A DNA stretch of 64,000 bases from Nitrosopumilus sp. (GTDB taxonomy: Archaea; Thermoproteota; Nitrososphaeria; Nitrososphaerales; Nitrosopumilaceae): assembly GCA_965205215.1 (NCBI GenBank), contig OZ242041.1, positions 192,001 through 256,000 of the forward strand, written 5' to 3'. A program made the translations under genes and the position numbers. Below are positions 55,038 through 64,000 of this stretch, one piece after another (position 1 is the stretch's first letter; every line of letters starts with the position of its first letter). Below the pieces are notes generated by a model. That model had not been told where the DNA came from. It made no database searches and saw nothing but the letters and a program-made list of their open reading frames with translations.

Positions 55038-56057
55038 ATGGTACGGTGGGTGGAAAAACTGATGTCGGGGACAGATCAGGCGACGGTGACATCCACAGAA
55101 AAGGAAGAGTCGGAGAAGAGGTTTCGCGACGTGGTTGCGGGCGCAAAAAAATTAAACATAGGCGCGTGGTTGCGGCCAAGCTACACGTCGGGGGACCGCG
55201 GCCGGCGACGGCCGGGCGGGGGAATAGAATTCTCGGAGGTCCGGGAATACGCGGCCGGCGACGATCCGCGCCGCATAGACTGGAACGTCTCTGCCAGGCA
55301 CGGCGGGCTGTTCGTAAAGGAGTTTGTCGAGGAGAGCGACCTTGACATATACGTGGCAGTCGACTATTCGGGCAGCACCTCGTTTGGAAGCGGCCCCAAA
55401 AGCAAGAGGGACGTCATGGTCGAGATCGCAGCGTCCGTCGTACTCTCCGCGCTAAACGGCAGGGACGGCGGCAGGATCGGCATGGCGCTGTTTGCAGAGT
55501 CGTTAGAGTCGTTCACAGGGGCAAGAAGGGGCAGGCGGCACGCAATGGGAATGATAAGAAAGATGGTGCTTGATGGGCTCTCCGAGTCGTACCGGCAGGG
55601 CAAAACCGGCATTGCAAGATCAATGTCGCGTCTTGCGCGTGCGGCGGGGCGCAGGAGCGTCATGTTTGTAATATCTGACCTTGAGACGGGCGAACCTCTC
55701 GCCGAGGCACTGCGGGGCGCATGCGCCAGGCACGAGGTCGTAATGATCCGCGTGCACGATCCGCACGAGCGCATACTGCCGGACATCGGATACGCGTATC
55801 TGGAGGACATGGAGACGGGCGGACAGATCCTGGTCAACACGTCAAGCAGGGAGGTCAGGGACGCGTACCGTGCCGCGGCGCGGCAGGCGGCCGGGCGTGC
55901 AAGGGAGGAGGCGCTCAGGGCGGGCGCTGCATACATCGACATTGCAACAGGTGAACCGTTTGACGCGGCGTTCAACAGGTACGCGGGGACGGTTGCGGCG
56001 GCAGCGGCCATGACGACGGGCGCATCCAGAAGTGCGGCAAGGAGGAGGAGGCGATAA
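55038..56057 (+). CDS. DUF58 domain protein
   Basis: G.EF.EVREY..GDD.R.IDWNVSAR, VKEF.EE, D.SGS..FG, VISD, V.DP.E. Confidence 0.92.
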   Translation: MVRWVEKLMSGTDQATVTSTEKEESEKRFRDVVAGAKKLNIGAWLRPSYTSGDRGRRRPGGGIEFSEVREYAAGDDPRRIDWNVSARHGGLFVKEFVEESDLDIYVAVDYSGSTSFGSGPKSKRDVMVEIAASVVLSALNGRDGGRIGMALFAESLESFTGARRGRRHAMGMIRKMVLDGLSESYRQGKTGIARSMSRLARAAGRRSVMFVISDLETGEPLAEALRGACARHEVVMIRVHDPHERILPDIGYAYLEDMETGGQILVNTSSREVRDAYRAAARQAAGRAREEALRAGAAYIDIATGEPFDAAFNRYAGTVAAAAAMTTGASRSAARRRRR

Positions 56058-56062
56058 CAGAC

Positions 56063-57028
56063 GTGCAGTTTGAACACGCACACATGCTGTTGCTGCTTTT
56101 TGCACTGCCGGGCCTGTATATCCTGTATTCGAGGTATAACGCGGGAAGAAAAGAGTCCGTCCTGAGGTTCAGCTCCATCGAGACGGTTACAAGGGCGGTG
56201 GCAGGAAGGCAGGGCGCGTGGCGCAGGCACCTGCCGTTCACGCTAATGGCTGCGGCGGTCGCAATGGCCGCGGTCGCAATGGCCGACCTGCAGGTTCCAG
56301 TCGTCACAACAGACGTGCCACCGGATACGAGGGACGGCAGAAGCATCAGCATAGTGCTTGATATCTCTGAGAGCATGTCGGCCACAGACTATGCGCCAAG
56401 CCGACTGGACGCGGCAAAACAGTCGATAACGAGGCTGATTCAGGGATCGGATCCCCAGGACTATGTCGGCGTGATACTCTTTGAGACGGGCGCCACCACG
56501 GCATCCTACCTGACTGACAACAAGCAAAAGGCGTCTGAGGCCGTAATGTCCATAGGCCAGAGCGGAGGGGCCACGGCCATCGGGGACGGGCTTGCGCTCG
56601 GAGTCGACATGGCGATCTCCATACCAGACAGGCGGGGGGTGGTGATACTGCTCAGCGACGGCGTGCACAACTCGGGGCAGATCACCCCGCAGGAGGCCGT
56701 CGAGTACGCGCAGAGGGCCGGCGTGCGGGTCCACACCGTAGGAATAGGATCGGTGGAGCCGGCCTTTGTCAAAAATGACGTGTTCGGCCAGCCGCAGTAT
56801 GCAGAGCTTGACGAGGCGACGCTCGCACACATTGCAAACGCGACGGGCGGCACATTCTCAAAGTCCCTTGACGAGCAGACGCTTGGAGGCACGCTCGCCG
56901 AGATAGGCGCCGCGCTTGGGGGGGAGGTGAGATACCAGAGCGTCAGCGACTGGTTTGTCGCGTCGTCCCTCGCGCTACTGGCATCGGCCATGTACACCAT
57001 ATATGGAAGGTACAGGATTGCCGCATGA
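56063..57028 (+). CDS. BatA-like VWA domain membrane protein
   Basis: N-terminal F.H...LLLL BatA segment, MIDAS DISESM, TAIGDGL, LLSDG, LDE..L..IA..TGG, C-terminal TM. Confidence 0.92.
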   Translation: MQFEHAHMLLLLFALPGLYILYSRYNAGRKESVLRFSSIETVTRAVAGRQGAWRRHLPFTLMAAAVAMAAVAMADLQVPVVTTDVPPDTRDGRSISIVLDISESMSATDYAPSRLDAAKQSITRLIQGSDPQDYVGVILFETGATTASYLTDNKQKASEAVMSIGQSGGATAIGDGLALGVDMAISIPDRRGVVILLSDGVHNSGQITPQEAVEYAQRAGVRVHTVGIGSVEPAFVKNDVFGQPQYAELDEATLAHIANATGGTFSKSLDEQTLGGTLAEIGAALGGEVRYQSVSDWFVASSLALLASAMYTIYGRYRIAA

Positions 57029-57066
57029 CCCGAGCTGCGTCCCCCGCCACGCCCCGCACAACCGTG

Positions 57067-57591
57067 CTAGGAGGAGCCCAGTGGGTTTATCATGTCCTCA
57101 AAGTTCGAGGCGTACCTGCCAACCAAGCTCGGACCGTGATCCTCAAGCAGGCGGTCTACGCGCTCCCGATCCCGGAGCCGGTAGTGCTTTTTGAGCTTGG
57201 GCATACGCACGTCCACCAAGCTCTCCCTTACCAGCTGCGACAGATACAGGGACACAGTAGAGGGGGATTTTTTTACCCTCTCCACCAGCTCTGCAAACGA
57301 GAGCCCGTTCACGTTTTTGGGATCCTCGTGCAAAAGCGCGATTAGCAGCGCGCGGGGGGTGGGCCTGCGCAGTGCCCGGATTATGGCATGATCTGACTCT
57401 GGTATCCGCACGGAATAGAACCGGGCGGTGCGCGGCCGGCGCCTTGCAATTATCAGATTGTTGTTCTCCAGCTTGGCAAGATGGTACGACAGCACGCCGT
57501 TCATGAGTCCGGTCTTGCGCATGATTCCCCTAAAGTTTATGCCGGGGTTTGACTCTATGGCCTCTAGTATCACATCGGACTTGTCAGTCAT
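57067..57591 (-). CDS. Double winged-helix transcriptional regulator
   Basis: I..NPGI.FR.I...G..NG.L.YHL..LE, and a second wHTH (F.EL...V.KSPSTVS.YL..L). Confidence 0.88.
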   Translation of the reverse strand: MTDKSDVILEAIESNPGINFRGIMRKTGLMNGVLSYHLAKLENNNLIIARRRPRTARFYSVRIPESDHAIIRALRRPTPRALLIALLHEDPKNVNGLSFAELVERVKKSPSTVSLYLSQLVRESLVDVRMPKLKKHYRLRDRERVDRLLEDHGPSLVGRYASNFEDMINPLGSS

Positions 57592-57979
57592 TTCGCAGCG
57601 CCCCCAGAGCCAGCAGTCCCAGCGTGACGAACATCAGCAGGTGTCCCACCTCGTATATGTACACGTCCCCCAGGTTGATAATCGAGAGATCCAGCACGTA
57701 GGCAAGCAGCAGGGCCTCTGTAAACACAAAGTTTGCAAATGCAATCGTGGTCAGCAGCAGGCGTCTTGAGCGCAGCGTGCGGTACGAGATGGTGGCCAGC
57801 GTCGTGATAAACAGCGCGAGTATCATGCCGCCCGTGTGAAGCAGTATGTGGGCCGCGTGGAACCCGTGCATAAGGTGCGGAAACGCCATCGGGATCAAGA
57901 ACGTCAGCGCGATGCCCAGAACCGCAACCGGAAACAGGTTGGTCAGGCTGGAGCGTAGCGACTGGACGTATGCTACCAT
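57584..57979 (-). CDS. Small 4-TM membrane protein with His cluster
   Basis: Four hydrophobic segments, PHLMHGFHAAHILLH, EVGH; overlaps the regulator start by 8 bp. Confidence 0.75.
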   Translation of the reverse strand: MVAYVQSLRSSLTNLFPVAVLGIALTFLIPMAFPHLMHGFHAAHILLHTGGMILALFITTLATISYRTLRSRRLLLTTIAFANFVFTEALLLAYVLDLSIINLGDVYIYEVGHLLMFVTLGLLALGALRND

Positions 57980-58110
57980 ACATAGGGTAGGCCTTGTTCT
58001 AATTTAAGACACGTGGTTCGAACGCCAGTCTGCAGGCGCGGCGGCCTGCGATGCCGCGTCAAAAAGGCGGAGTCAAGCGCCCGCACGGAAGGCGCGCCAT
58101 ACCGTAAGAC

Positions 58111-58869
58111 TCAGACCTGTATGATTCCGGCCGTAATCAGAAACTGCAGGGCGCCCACGAACGTGGCGTCGTCTATCAGGCCGTCGGCCCACCACCCGGC
58201 GTTGGTCTTGACCCACGGCGGGATCTGCGGCCCCGGCGCGTCCTCTCCTTCCCCTCCGCCGCCGTCCGCATCACTCCCTGGGTCACTGGCAGCGTCGTCG
58301 GCGGCGGGAACGACCAGTATGCCGCTCCGTATCAGGTACTCGATTCCGGATACGAACGTGGCGTCGTCTATCAGGCCGTCGGCCCACCACCCGGCGTTGG
58401 TCTTGACCCACGGCGGGATCACCGCCACGTCCGGCGCTGCGGGTGCCGACGCATCCTCCCCCACCGGTATCTCAAAGGATACGGCCTCGGCTGGAATGGG
58501 CTGGAAGAGTATTCCCTCCACTGTAAAGCCCAGGGAGTGGACGCCTGGATTCTGGAACTGTACAGGGAGCGTTATGGTGCCGGGAGACGTATGTATGAGA
58601 TTGGTGGGTCCGAATACCTGCTCCCCGTCTCTGGTGATCGTAATCGTATAGTCTATGTGCTCCTGAGTCCTACCGGTTACGGGATTCAGAAAATCCACCT
58701 TGATCTTTGTCTCCTCGCCCGGCATTATCACGTCATCATACACGAGATGGACGTCTATGGTTCCCTGCTCGGTGGGCAGGGTCTGGGTCTCTGCATGCGC
58801 CTGGTGCCCGGCGGCAAGCACGCATACGGCAACAAGCACCAGGGCAACCAAGACTGCCTTCATAGACAT
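58111..58869 (-). CDS. Secreted Ig-like protein with two IPPWVKTNAGWW modules
   Basis: Signal peptide (..AHA/ETQ), QEHIDY...LIHTS domain, duplicated C-terminal module. Confidence 0.82.
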   Translation of the reverse strand: MSMKAVLVALVLVAVCVLAAGHQAHAETQTLPTEQGTIDVHLVYDDVIMPGEETKIKVDFLNPVTGRTQEHIDYTITITRDGEQVFGPTNLIHTSPGTITLPVQFQNPGVHSLGFTVEGILFQPIPAEAVSFEIPVGEDASAPAAPDVAVIPPWVKTNAGWWADGLIDDATFVSGIEYLIRSGILVVPAADDAASDPGSDADGGGGEGEDAPGPQIPPWVKTNAGWWADGLIDDATFVGALQFLITAGIIQV

Positions 58870-58995
58870 GATACGTGTTACACAGATAAAAAACGTTCCA
58901 ACGCGGGGCCCGACGGCGGGCGTAACCGCGCATAGGCAAAGGCGCACGCACGCGCCTCTTTGATCTTTAAATATAGTGTGAAATTATTTACAATA

Positions 58996-60744
58996 TTGCA
59001 CAACAGGCTCGCACTGCTAGCGGCCATGGCCGCCATTGTCGTAATTCCGGCGGCCGCCCAGTCGGTCTCGGGGCACGGACTCGGGGGCGACCAAGCGCCG
59101 CCCATCAGCTTTTCGGGGATGGAGGTGACCGTCCGCACGGACCTCACGCCGTCGGACATCACGATAGGTGACATAGACGACGTCAACATGAAGATCAGGT
59201 TCTTCGACACGCTGACGGACACCACGCTTGAAAAGGTCACATACAGGATAGAGATGTGGCGCAGCGGGGAGCTGCTGGCAAGAAACCTGTTTTACGATCC
59301 CGACGGCAGACTCGACGTGGAGATACGCCCCAATCCGGACTGCGACAGTGCGGAGCTGTGGAGATGCAGCGTGTACGGCGGATCGGAGGACATAAGCTCG
59401 CCTGGCGCCCTGTTCGTGTACGGGGAGCCGTGCACCGGCGACAACTACGACGTATGCGCAAGGCCCACCATAACAGGGCCCATATTCGAGAAGGGCGGGC
59501 TGTACCACGTACGCGTCGACATAGAGGGCGCGACCAGCCCCAGGGTGCAGCTTGCAGAGAGGCTGAGCTATGACACGTTTGTCAGCGTGGCCCAGGAGCA
59601 GAACTTTGCAATACAGACAGCCCATGCCGAGGAGATTCCCGTAATAATCAAGACGTACTACGATGATGTAAAGAACTTTGCATTCGAACCGTCGGACAAC
59701 TCCATCACGTTCGACATGGCCTTTGACTGGACGCCGGACTATGTCGACCTGGTGGAGGTGGTGCACGAGGAGGTCAGGATCCCCAAGGACTTTGTGCCGT
59801 ATGCGGAAGGCAAGCAGTTCAGGGGATACGTAAACGGGGTGGAGGTGGACCAGCGCGCCCTGCTAAACGATCCGTACTCGTACGAGGACACGAACGTGGT
59901 ACACTTTCTGATAACCAACAGCGAGCTGCAAAAGATCAGCGAGAACATGGAGGACGACAGGTTCGAGAGCAAGAACATGAACCTGAAGCTAGTTCCCGTC
60001 GAGGAGGCGGAGGTCAGCTCCGTGGAGTTCTATTTGGTGGACCTTGAAACCATGCAGGAGAGGGCTCCTACCACCGTAACCATAGAGTGGGAAGGACAGT
60101 ACGGCGCGGGCGACGAGATCCCGTTTGAGTTCACGTTCCTGGACCGGGACAACAAGCTGATCAAGGACGTCTGGTACGGGTACATAGTGAGCGACGAGTC
60201 AGGCAACGAGATAGCAAGGTTCTCCGGAAGCGACCCGCTCAATACGGGCATAGCATCGCCGGAAGGCATAGACGTGCAGGACATCAGGATACCGTCTGAG
60301 GGGCTGATCAGGGTGGACGTGATAGTATACGGAACCGGCCTCGACTACGACCCCACGTACTCGGGAATCGGGTCAGGACTCATAGAGATCGGGCCCGGGG
60401 CGCCCGCGGGCGGCACTCCCCCAGGCGACGTGAACGAGCCGGCACCAAGCACGGAGGCGGCGGAGATACCGTCGTGGATAAAGACCAACGCGGGCTGGTG
60501 GGCCGAGGGCCTGATAGACGACGCCACGTTTGTGACCGGCATACAGTACCTGATACAGAGCGGGGTGCTCGTGGTGCCGGCAGCCGGCAGCGGCGACCCT
60601 GGCCAGGACGGTGAGGCGGCGGCGGGGATACCGCCGTGGATAAAGACCAACGCGGGCTGGTGGGCCGAGGGCCTGATAGACGACGGATCTTTTGTGTCAG
60701 GCCTGCAGTACCTGATAAAAGAGGGAATAATACGCGTGAGTTGA
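58996..60744 (+). CDS. Secreted thaumarchaeal surface protein (predicted mature N-terminus HGLGG) with two WIKTNAGWW modules
   Basis: TTG start after TTTAAATA; signal peptide; TYYD, VHEE..IP, VHF domain. Confidence 0.85.
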   Translation: MHNRLALLAAMAAIVVIPAAAQSVSGHGLGGDQAPPISFSGMEVTVRTDLTPSDITIGDIDDVNMKIRFFDTLTDTTLEKVTYRIEMWRSGELLARNLFYDPDGRLDVEIRPNPDCDSAELWRCSVYGGSEDISSPGALFVYGEPCTGDNYDVCARPTITGPIFEKGGLYHVRVDIEGATSPRVQLAERLSYDTFVSVAQEQNFAIQTAHAEEIPVIIKTYYDDVKNFAFEPSDNSITFDMAFDWTPDYVDLVEVVHEEVRIPKDFVPYAEGKQFRGYVNGVEVDQRALLNDPYSYEDTNVVHFLITNSELQKISENMEDDRFESKNMNLKLVPVEEAEVSSVEFYLVDLETMQERAPTTVTIEWEGQYGAGDEIPFEFTFLDRDNKLIKDVWYGYIVSDESGNEIARFSGSDPLNTGIASPEGIDVQDIRIPSEGLIRVDVIVYGTGLDYDPTYSGIGSGLIEIGPGAPAGGTPPGDVNEPAPSTEAAEIPSWIKTNAGWWAEGLIDDATFVTGIQYLIQSGVLVVPAAGSGDPGQDGEAAAGIPPWIKTNAGWWAEGLIDDGSFVSGLQYLIKEGIIRVS

Positions 60745-60787
60745 CGGCAGTGGCTGCATGCGATAAGCTTTAACACGGAAGACGAGA

Positions 60788-61003
60788 GTGACGGCAATGA
60801 GGGACATAAACGAGATAATGCCAAAGATCGACAACATGAAGTGGGGGGCCCTGACAAACAGGCCGCCTACCAAGGACAGGGTACGGGAGATGGACAGGAT
60901 ATTCCCCGACAACGGCAAGTGGCACACGGTCTTTGAGCACGACGATCTCATATCGATTGACGGAAAGCATATCAGAAGAAAGAGTCCTGACAAGTGGACA
61001 TGA
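60788..61003 (+). CDS. Small hypothetical protein (~70 aa)
   Basis: TTTAA box upstream; Trp/Pro-containing globular pattern (MKWGAL.N..PT, FP.NGKWH). Confidence 0.7.
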   Translation: MTAMRDINEIMPKIDNMKWGALTNRPPTKDRVREMDRIFPDNGKWHTVFEHDDLISIDGKHIRRKSPDKWT

Positions 61004-61006
61004 CTG

Positions 61007-62983
61007 ATGGCAAGCATGGCGGCCATAACTACGACAACGGCAGGACCGATACCCGCGACAAATGGATGGCTGCGATGGCGGCGTCCGGCCCGGCAGCAAC
61101 GGCCACAGCCGTCGTCACGCGGGTACCTTGCCGCAGTTCTTGTCCTGATGGCAGTATGCGCTGCGGCGATGGCCGCATCCGGCGTGCAGCCTGCCGCAGG
61201 CCACGGCACGTCGAGCGAGACGTTTCCCCCGGTAGAACTGAACGGGCAGCAGGTTGCCCTAGAGATATCGTCATCTGCCCCCCCACCTCCGGAGACGACG
61301 GGGCGGCCGCCGGCAGGAATCGCGCCGGGCGAGGACCTGCAGATAGGGATAGCCCTCGTCGACTTTGACTCGAAAGTCACGCTCCGTGACGTGACGTTCC
61401 ACATCAGGGCCGAGCTTGGGAACAAGTTCCTCTTTGAGCAAGAATTCAGGGCCGACAACGGGTTTCTAGTCTTTAATTTTGCATCAGACGACAGCGCGGG
61501 CGGCGAGATAACGGTCCACGACGGAGGGAAGGGAGACGATCAGTATGACATTGTCTCGTACCTGCTCGGAGTCGAGAGCAGGAACGTACGCGTGGCGGGG
61601 CCAAGCCTTGCAGACGGCGGACTCTACAAATTTGGCATTGCCATAACTACGGCAGGCGACTACTCAGAGCGCCTGGATGCACCGATAGAGTACGACTCTG
61701 GGATATCCATACCGATGATAACCACGTACGGCGTAAAGGATCCCAACTTTGGGGATCAGTACATCAGGGCCATTACATACTACGACAAGATAACCGACTT
61801 TGAGTACGACTCCGAGGCGAGGGAGATCAGGTACTCTATGCCGTTTGAGTGGAGCGACTCTAACATAGACCAGTCATACGTGGTGCACGAGGAGCTCTCG
61901 ATTCCGGACACGTACGGGGATCTCCTGCTGTCGGGATTCGAGCTCTACATAAACGGCGTAAGGCTGCCAGAGGAGACGATCCTGATTGACGACTTTTTCA
62001 CGGGGGAGAGAATAGTACACTTTATCGTACCCCAGGAGCAGCTCTACAGCATACGGGACGGCGGCGGCCGGGAGGACGGCATCATGAACTTTGTAATCAG
62101 GCCCGACACCAACCATACGCGCATAGCGTCAGTGACGGAGAACGGCCAGTTCCGGATATTCGCCTCGTGGGAACCGGAGGATCTGAGGTCCGGCCAGAAC
62201 GCTAGGATAATCTTCGAGGTAACAGACGTCTTTTTGAAGGGCGCGCCCATTGCAGCAGAGTACCATTTCTCTGTGACGACGAATGACGGCAGTACCATCT
62301 TTGAGCAGTCAGGTGTCAGCACGGACTCGAGGGACGATCCCACAAACGTGGCCGAGTTTGAGATACCCCAGGACGTCTCTGGAATAGCATATCTCAACTT
62401 TGAGAGGCTGCAGGACAACGAGCGCGCCAGAACATCCATGCCTATCGTAATAGACAGGGTGGCAGGCAGCGCCATCATAGACGACGGCACGATAGGCATA
62501 GCAGCAAGTGAGAACGGGGCGGGAGGGGCAGCCAACAATGGCGGCGGTAACGACGACAATGGCGGCGGCTGCCTCATTGCGACTGCCGCATACGGCTCGG
62601 AGCTTGCCCCGCAGGTGCAGCAGCTCAGGGAGCTGAGGGACAATACCATACTGAGAACCTCGTACGGCACGGCATTCATGTCAGGATTCAACTCCATATA
62701 CTACACGTTCTCCCCAACAGTGGCCGACCTCCAGAGGGAGCACCAAACGCTGCGCGACGCAACCAAGATCGCACTGACGCCCATGCTGGCATCGCTCACG
62801 CTGCTTGACGGCGTCAGCATAGGGACCGAGCACGACATGCTGGCATACGGCATCCTCATTATCGCGCTGAACGTGGCAGTCTACGTGGCATGCCCCATTG
62901 CAGCCATGACCATGGCGTACACGGGGCTAAAGAGGCGAACAGGCGGCAGAAAGACGGCAGCGTGGCGAACCATGATCAACTGA
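61007..62983 (+). CDS. Secreted CFI-box-CTERM protein (predicted mature N-terminus HGTSS)
   Basis: Signal peptide, TYYD/VHEE/VHF domain, GGGCLIATAAYGSELAPQVQQLRELRD, C-terminal TM plus basic tail. Confidence 0.88.
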   Translation: MASMAAITTTTAGPIPATNGWLRWRRPARQQRPQPSSRGYLAAVLVLMAVCAAAMAASGVQPAAGHGTSSETFPPVELNGQQVALEISSSAPPPPETTGRPPAGIAPGEDLQIGIALVDFDSKVTLRDVTFHIRAELGNKFLFEQEFRADNGFLVFNFASDDSAGGEITVHDGGKGDDQYDIVSYLLGVESRNVRVAGPSLADGGLYKFGIAITTAGDYSERLDAPIEYDSGISIPMITTYGVKDPNFGDQYIRAITYYDKITDFEYDSEAREIRYSMPFEWSDSNIDQSYVVHEELSIPDTYGDLLLSGFELYINGVRLPEETILIDDFFTGERIVHFIVPQEQLYSIRDGGGREDGIMNFVIRPDTNHTRIASVTENGQFRIFASWEPEDLRSGQNARIIFEVTDVFLKGAPIAAEYHFSVTTNDGSTIFEQSGVSTDSRDDPTNVAEFEIPQDVSGIAYLNFERLQDNERARTSMPIVIDRVAGSAIIDDGTIGIAASENGAGGAANNGGGNDDNGGGCLIATAAYGSELAPQVQQLRELRDNTILRTSYGTAFMSGFNSIYYTFSPTVADLQREHQTLRDATKIALTPMLASLTLLDGVSIGTEHDMLAYGILIIALNVAVYVACPIAAMTMAYTGLKRRTGGRKTAAWRTMIN

Positions 62984-63040
62984 CCGCATATGTGAACAAT
63001 CAGATAAAAATTTTTAAAACCCAGCGAGTCAAACCATGCA

Positions 63041-64000
63041 ATGAAGACTAGAACAGTCAGTTCATTCTTTTTACTGTCTGTACTCGTAGCGGGAATGATT
63101 GCAACTACCCCCTCAGCGTCTGCAGATCATCCGAACGTAGTGCTTGAGCCCCTTCCGGGGTCGGCCACTGCAGGATGTCAGGATACCGACGAGGGCTGTT
63201 ACAACATACCCATACTGACAGTAGCTCCGGGAACTACCATAACGTTCTCAAACACAGACAACGCAGCACACACGCTGACATCAGGCTCTCCAGCAGAGGG
63301 CATGACCGGCGTGTTTGACAGCGGTTTGGTAATGGTCGGGGCCACGTACGAGTTCACGATAGATGAAGAAGGAGAATACAATCATTACTGCATTGTCCAC
63401 CCGTGGATGACGGGCCAGATCATAGTAGAGGCGGCACACGGTGAGGAAGCAACGATGATGGAAGAGGACGACTCCATGATGATGGAAGAGGACGACTCCA
63501 TGATGATGGAAGAGGACGACTCCATGATGATGGAAGAGGACGACTCCATGATGATGGAAGAGGACGACTCCATGATGATGGAAGAGGACGACTCCATGAT
63601 GATGGAAGAGGACGACTCCATGATGATGGAAGAGGACGACTCCATGATGATGGAAGAGGACGACTCCATGATGATGGAAGAGGACGACTCCATGATGATG
63701 GAAGAGGACGACTCCATGATGGACGAGACGTCAGCGGCAGACGAGGAGACTGGTGGTTGCCTTATTGCAACTGCGGCATTTGGCTCCGAGCTTGCGCCAC
63801 AAGTTCAGCAACTTAGAGAGCTGAGAGACAACACGGTACTTGCCACAGAGTCCGGTACGGCATTTATGTCCGGATTCAACAGCATATACTACACGTTCTC
63901 CCCAGCGGTGGCAGATCTCGAAAGAGAGAACCCGGCGTTCAGGGAGGCAGTCAAGGTGGCACTGACCCCAATGCTCTCCACACTCTCACTGCTAAACCAT
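63041..64000 (+). CDS. Plastocyanin-like blue copper protein with Met-rich stalk and CFI-box-CTERM (runs off window end)
   Basis: Own translation: signal peptide, N.D.AAHT.TSG, FDSG, type-1 Cu ligands YCIVHPWM, (MMMEEDDS)n, GGCLIATAAFGSELAPQVQQLRELRD. Not in the ORF track. Confidence 0.92.
   Translation, partial: MKTRTVSSFFLLSVLVAGMIATTPSASADHPNVVLEPLPGSATAGCQDTDEGCYNIPILTVAPGTTITFSNTDNAAHTLTSGSPAEGMTGVFDSGLVMVGATYEFTIDEEGEYNHYCIVHPWMTGQIIVEAAHGEEATMMEEDDSMMMEEDDSMMMEEDDSMMMEEDDSMMMEEDDSMMMEEDDSMMMEEDDSMMMEEDDSMMMEEDDSMMMEEDDSMMMEEDDSMMDETSAADEETGGCLIATAAFGSELAPQVQQLRELRDNTVLATESGTAFMSGFNSIYYTFSPAVADLERENPAFREAVKVALTPMLSTLSLLNH
63455..63721. repeat. 24-bp perfect tandem repeat x11 encoding MMMEEDDS
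   Basis: Unit ATGATGGAAGAGGACGACTCCATG read directly. Confidence 0.95.

Noticed and set aside
58996-62983. Peptidase annotation for the large secreted proteins
   Set aside because: No HExxH or Ser/Cys/Asp protease catalytic motif is visible.

Overview
Gene-dense, GC-rich archaeal chromosome segment. Marker genes (Kae1/Bud32, TFE, aTrm56, Nep1, S19e, Rpp21, NAC, archaeosine TGT, GTP cyclohydrolase III, CFI-box-CTERM and W(I/V)KTNAGWW surface proteins, cupredoxin) point to an ammonia-oxidising Nitrosopumilaceae archaeon. High GC, an FG-GAP protein and many low-complexity insertions suggest a Cenarchaeum-like host-associated lineage (inference). Bases 1-46 kb are mostly housekeeping: tRNA modification, a riboflavin operon, candidate 3HP/4HB-cycle enzymes, class II RNR, two tRNAs, and a small low-GC islet with transposase debris at tRNA-Arg. 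Two things stand out. (1) A wHTH + ATP-cone + apparently catalytically dead class III RNR (NrdD) fusion lies directly upstream of nrdJ, with strong palindromes in between; it is a candidate nucleotide-sensing regulator built from an enzyme. (2) An ~18 kb surface island (46-64 kb) looks like a copper capture/storage/relay system: an S-layer-protein derivative with His/Met tandem repeats, a membrane-anchored protein with heptad His/Met ladders, proteins with a predicted N-terminal His, a cupredoxin on a Met-rich stalk, a MoxR-DUF58-VWA set and a regulator/His-rich membrane protein pair. A CDF transporter with ~50 His and a palindromic promoter site fits the same metal theme. All family calls come from motif recognition and memory; no searches were run, and several start codons are my best estimates.
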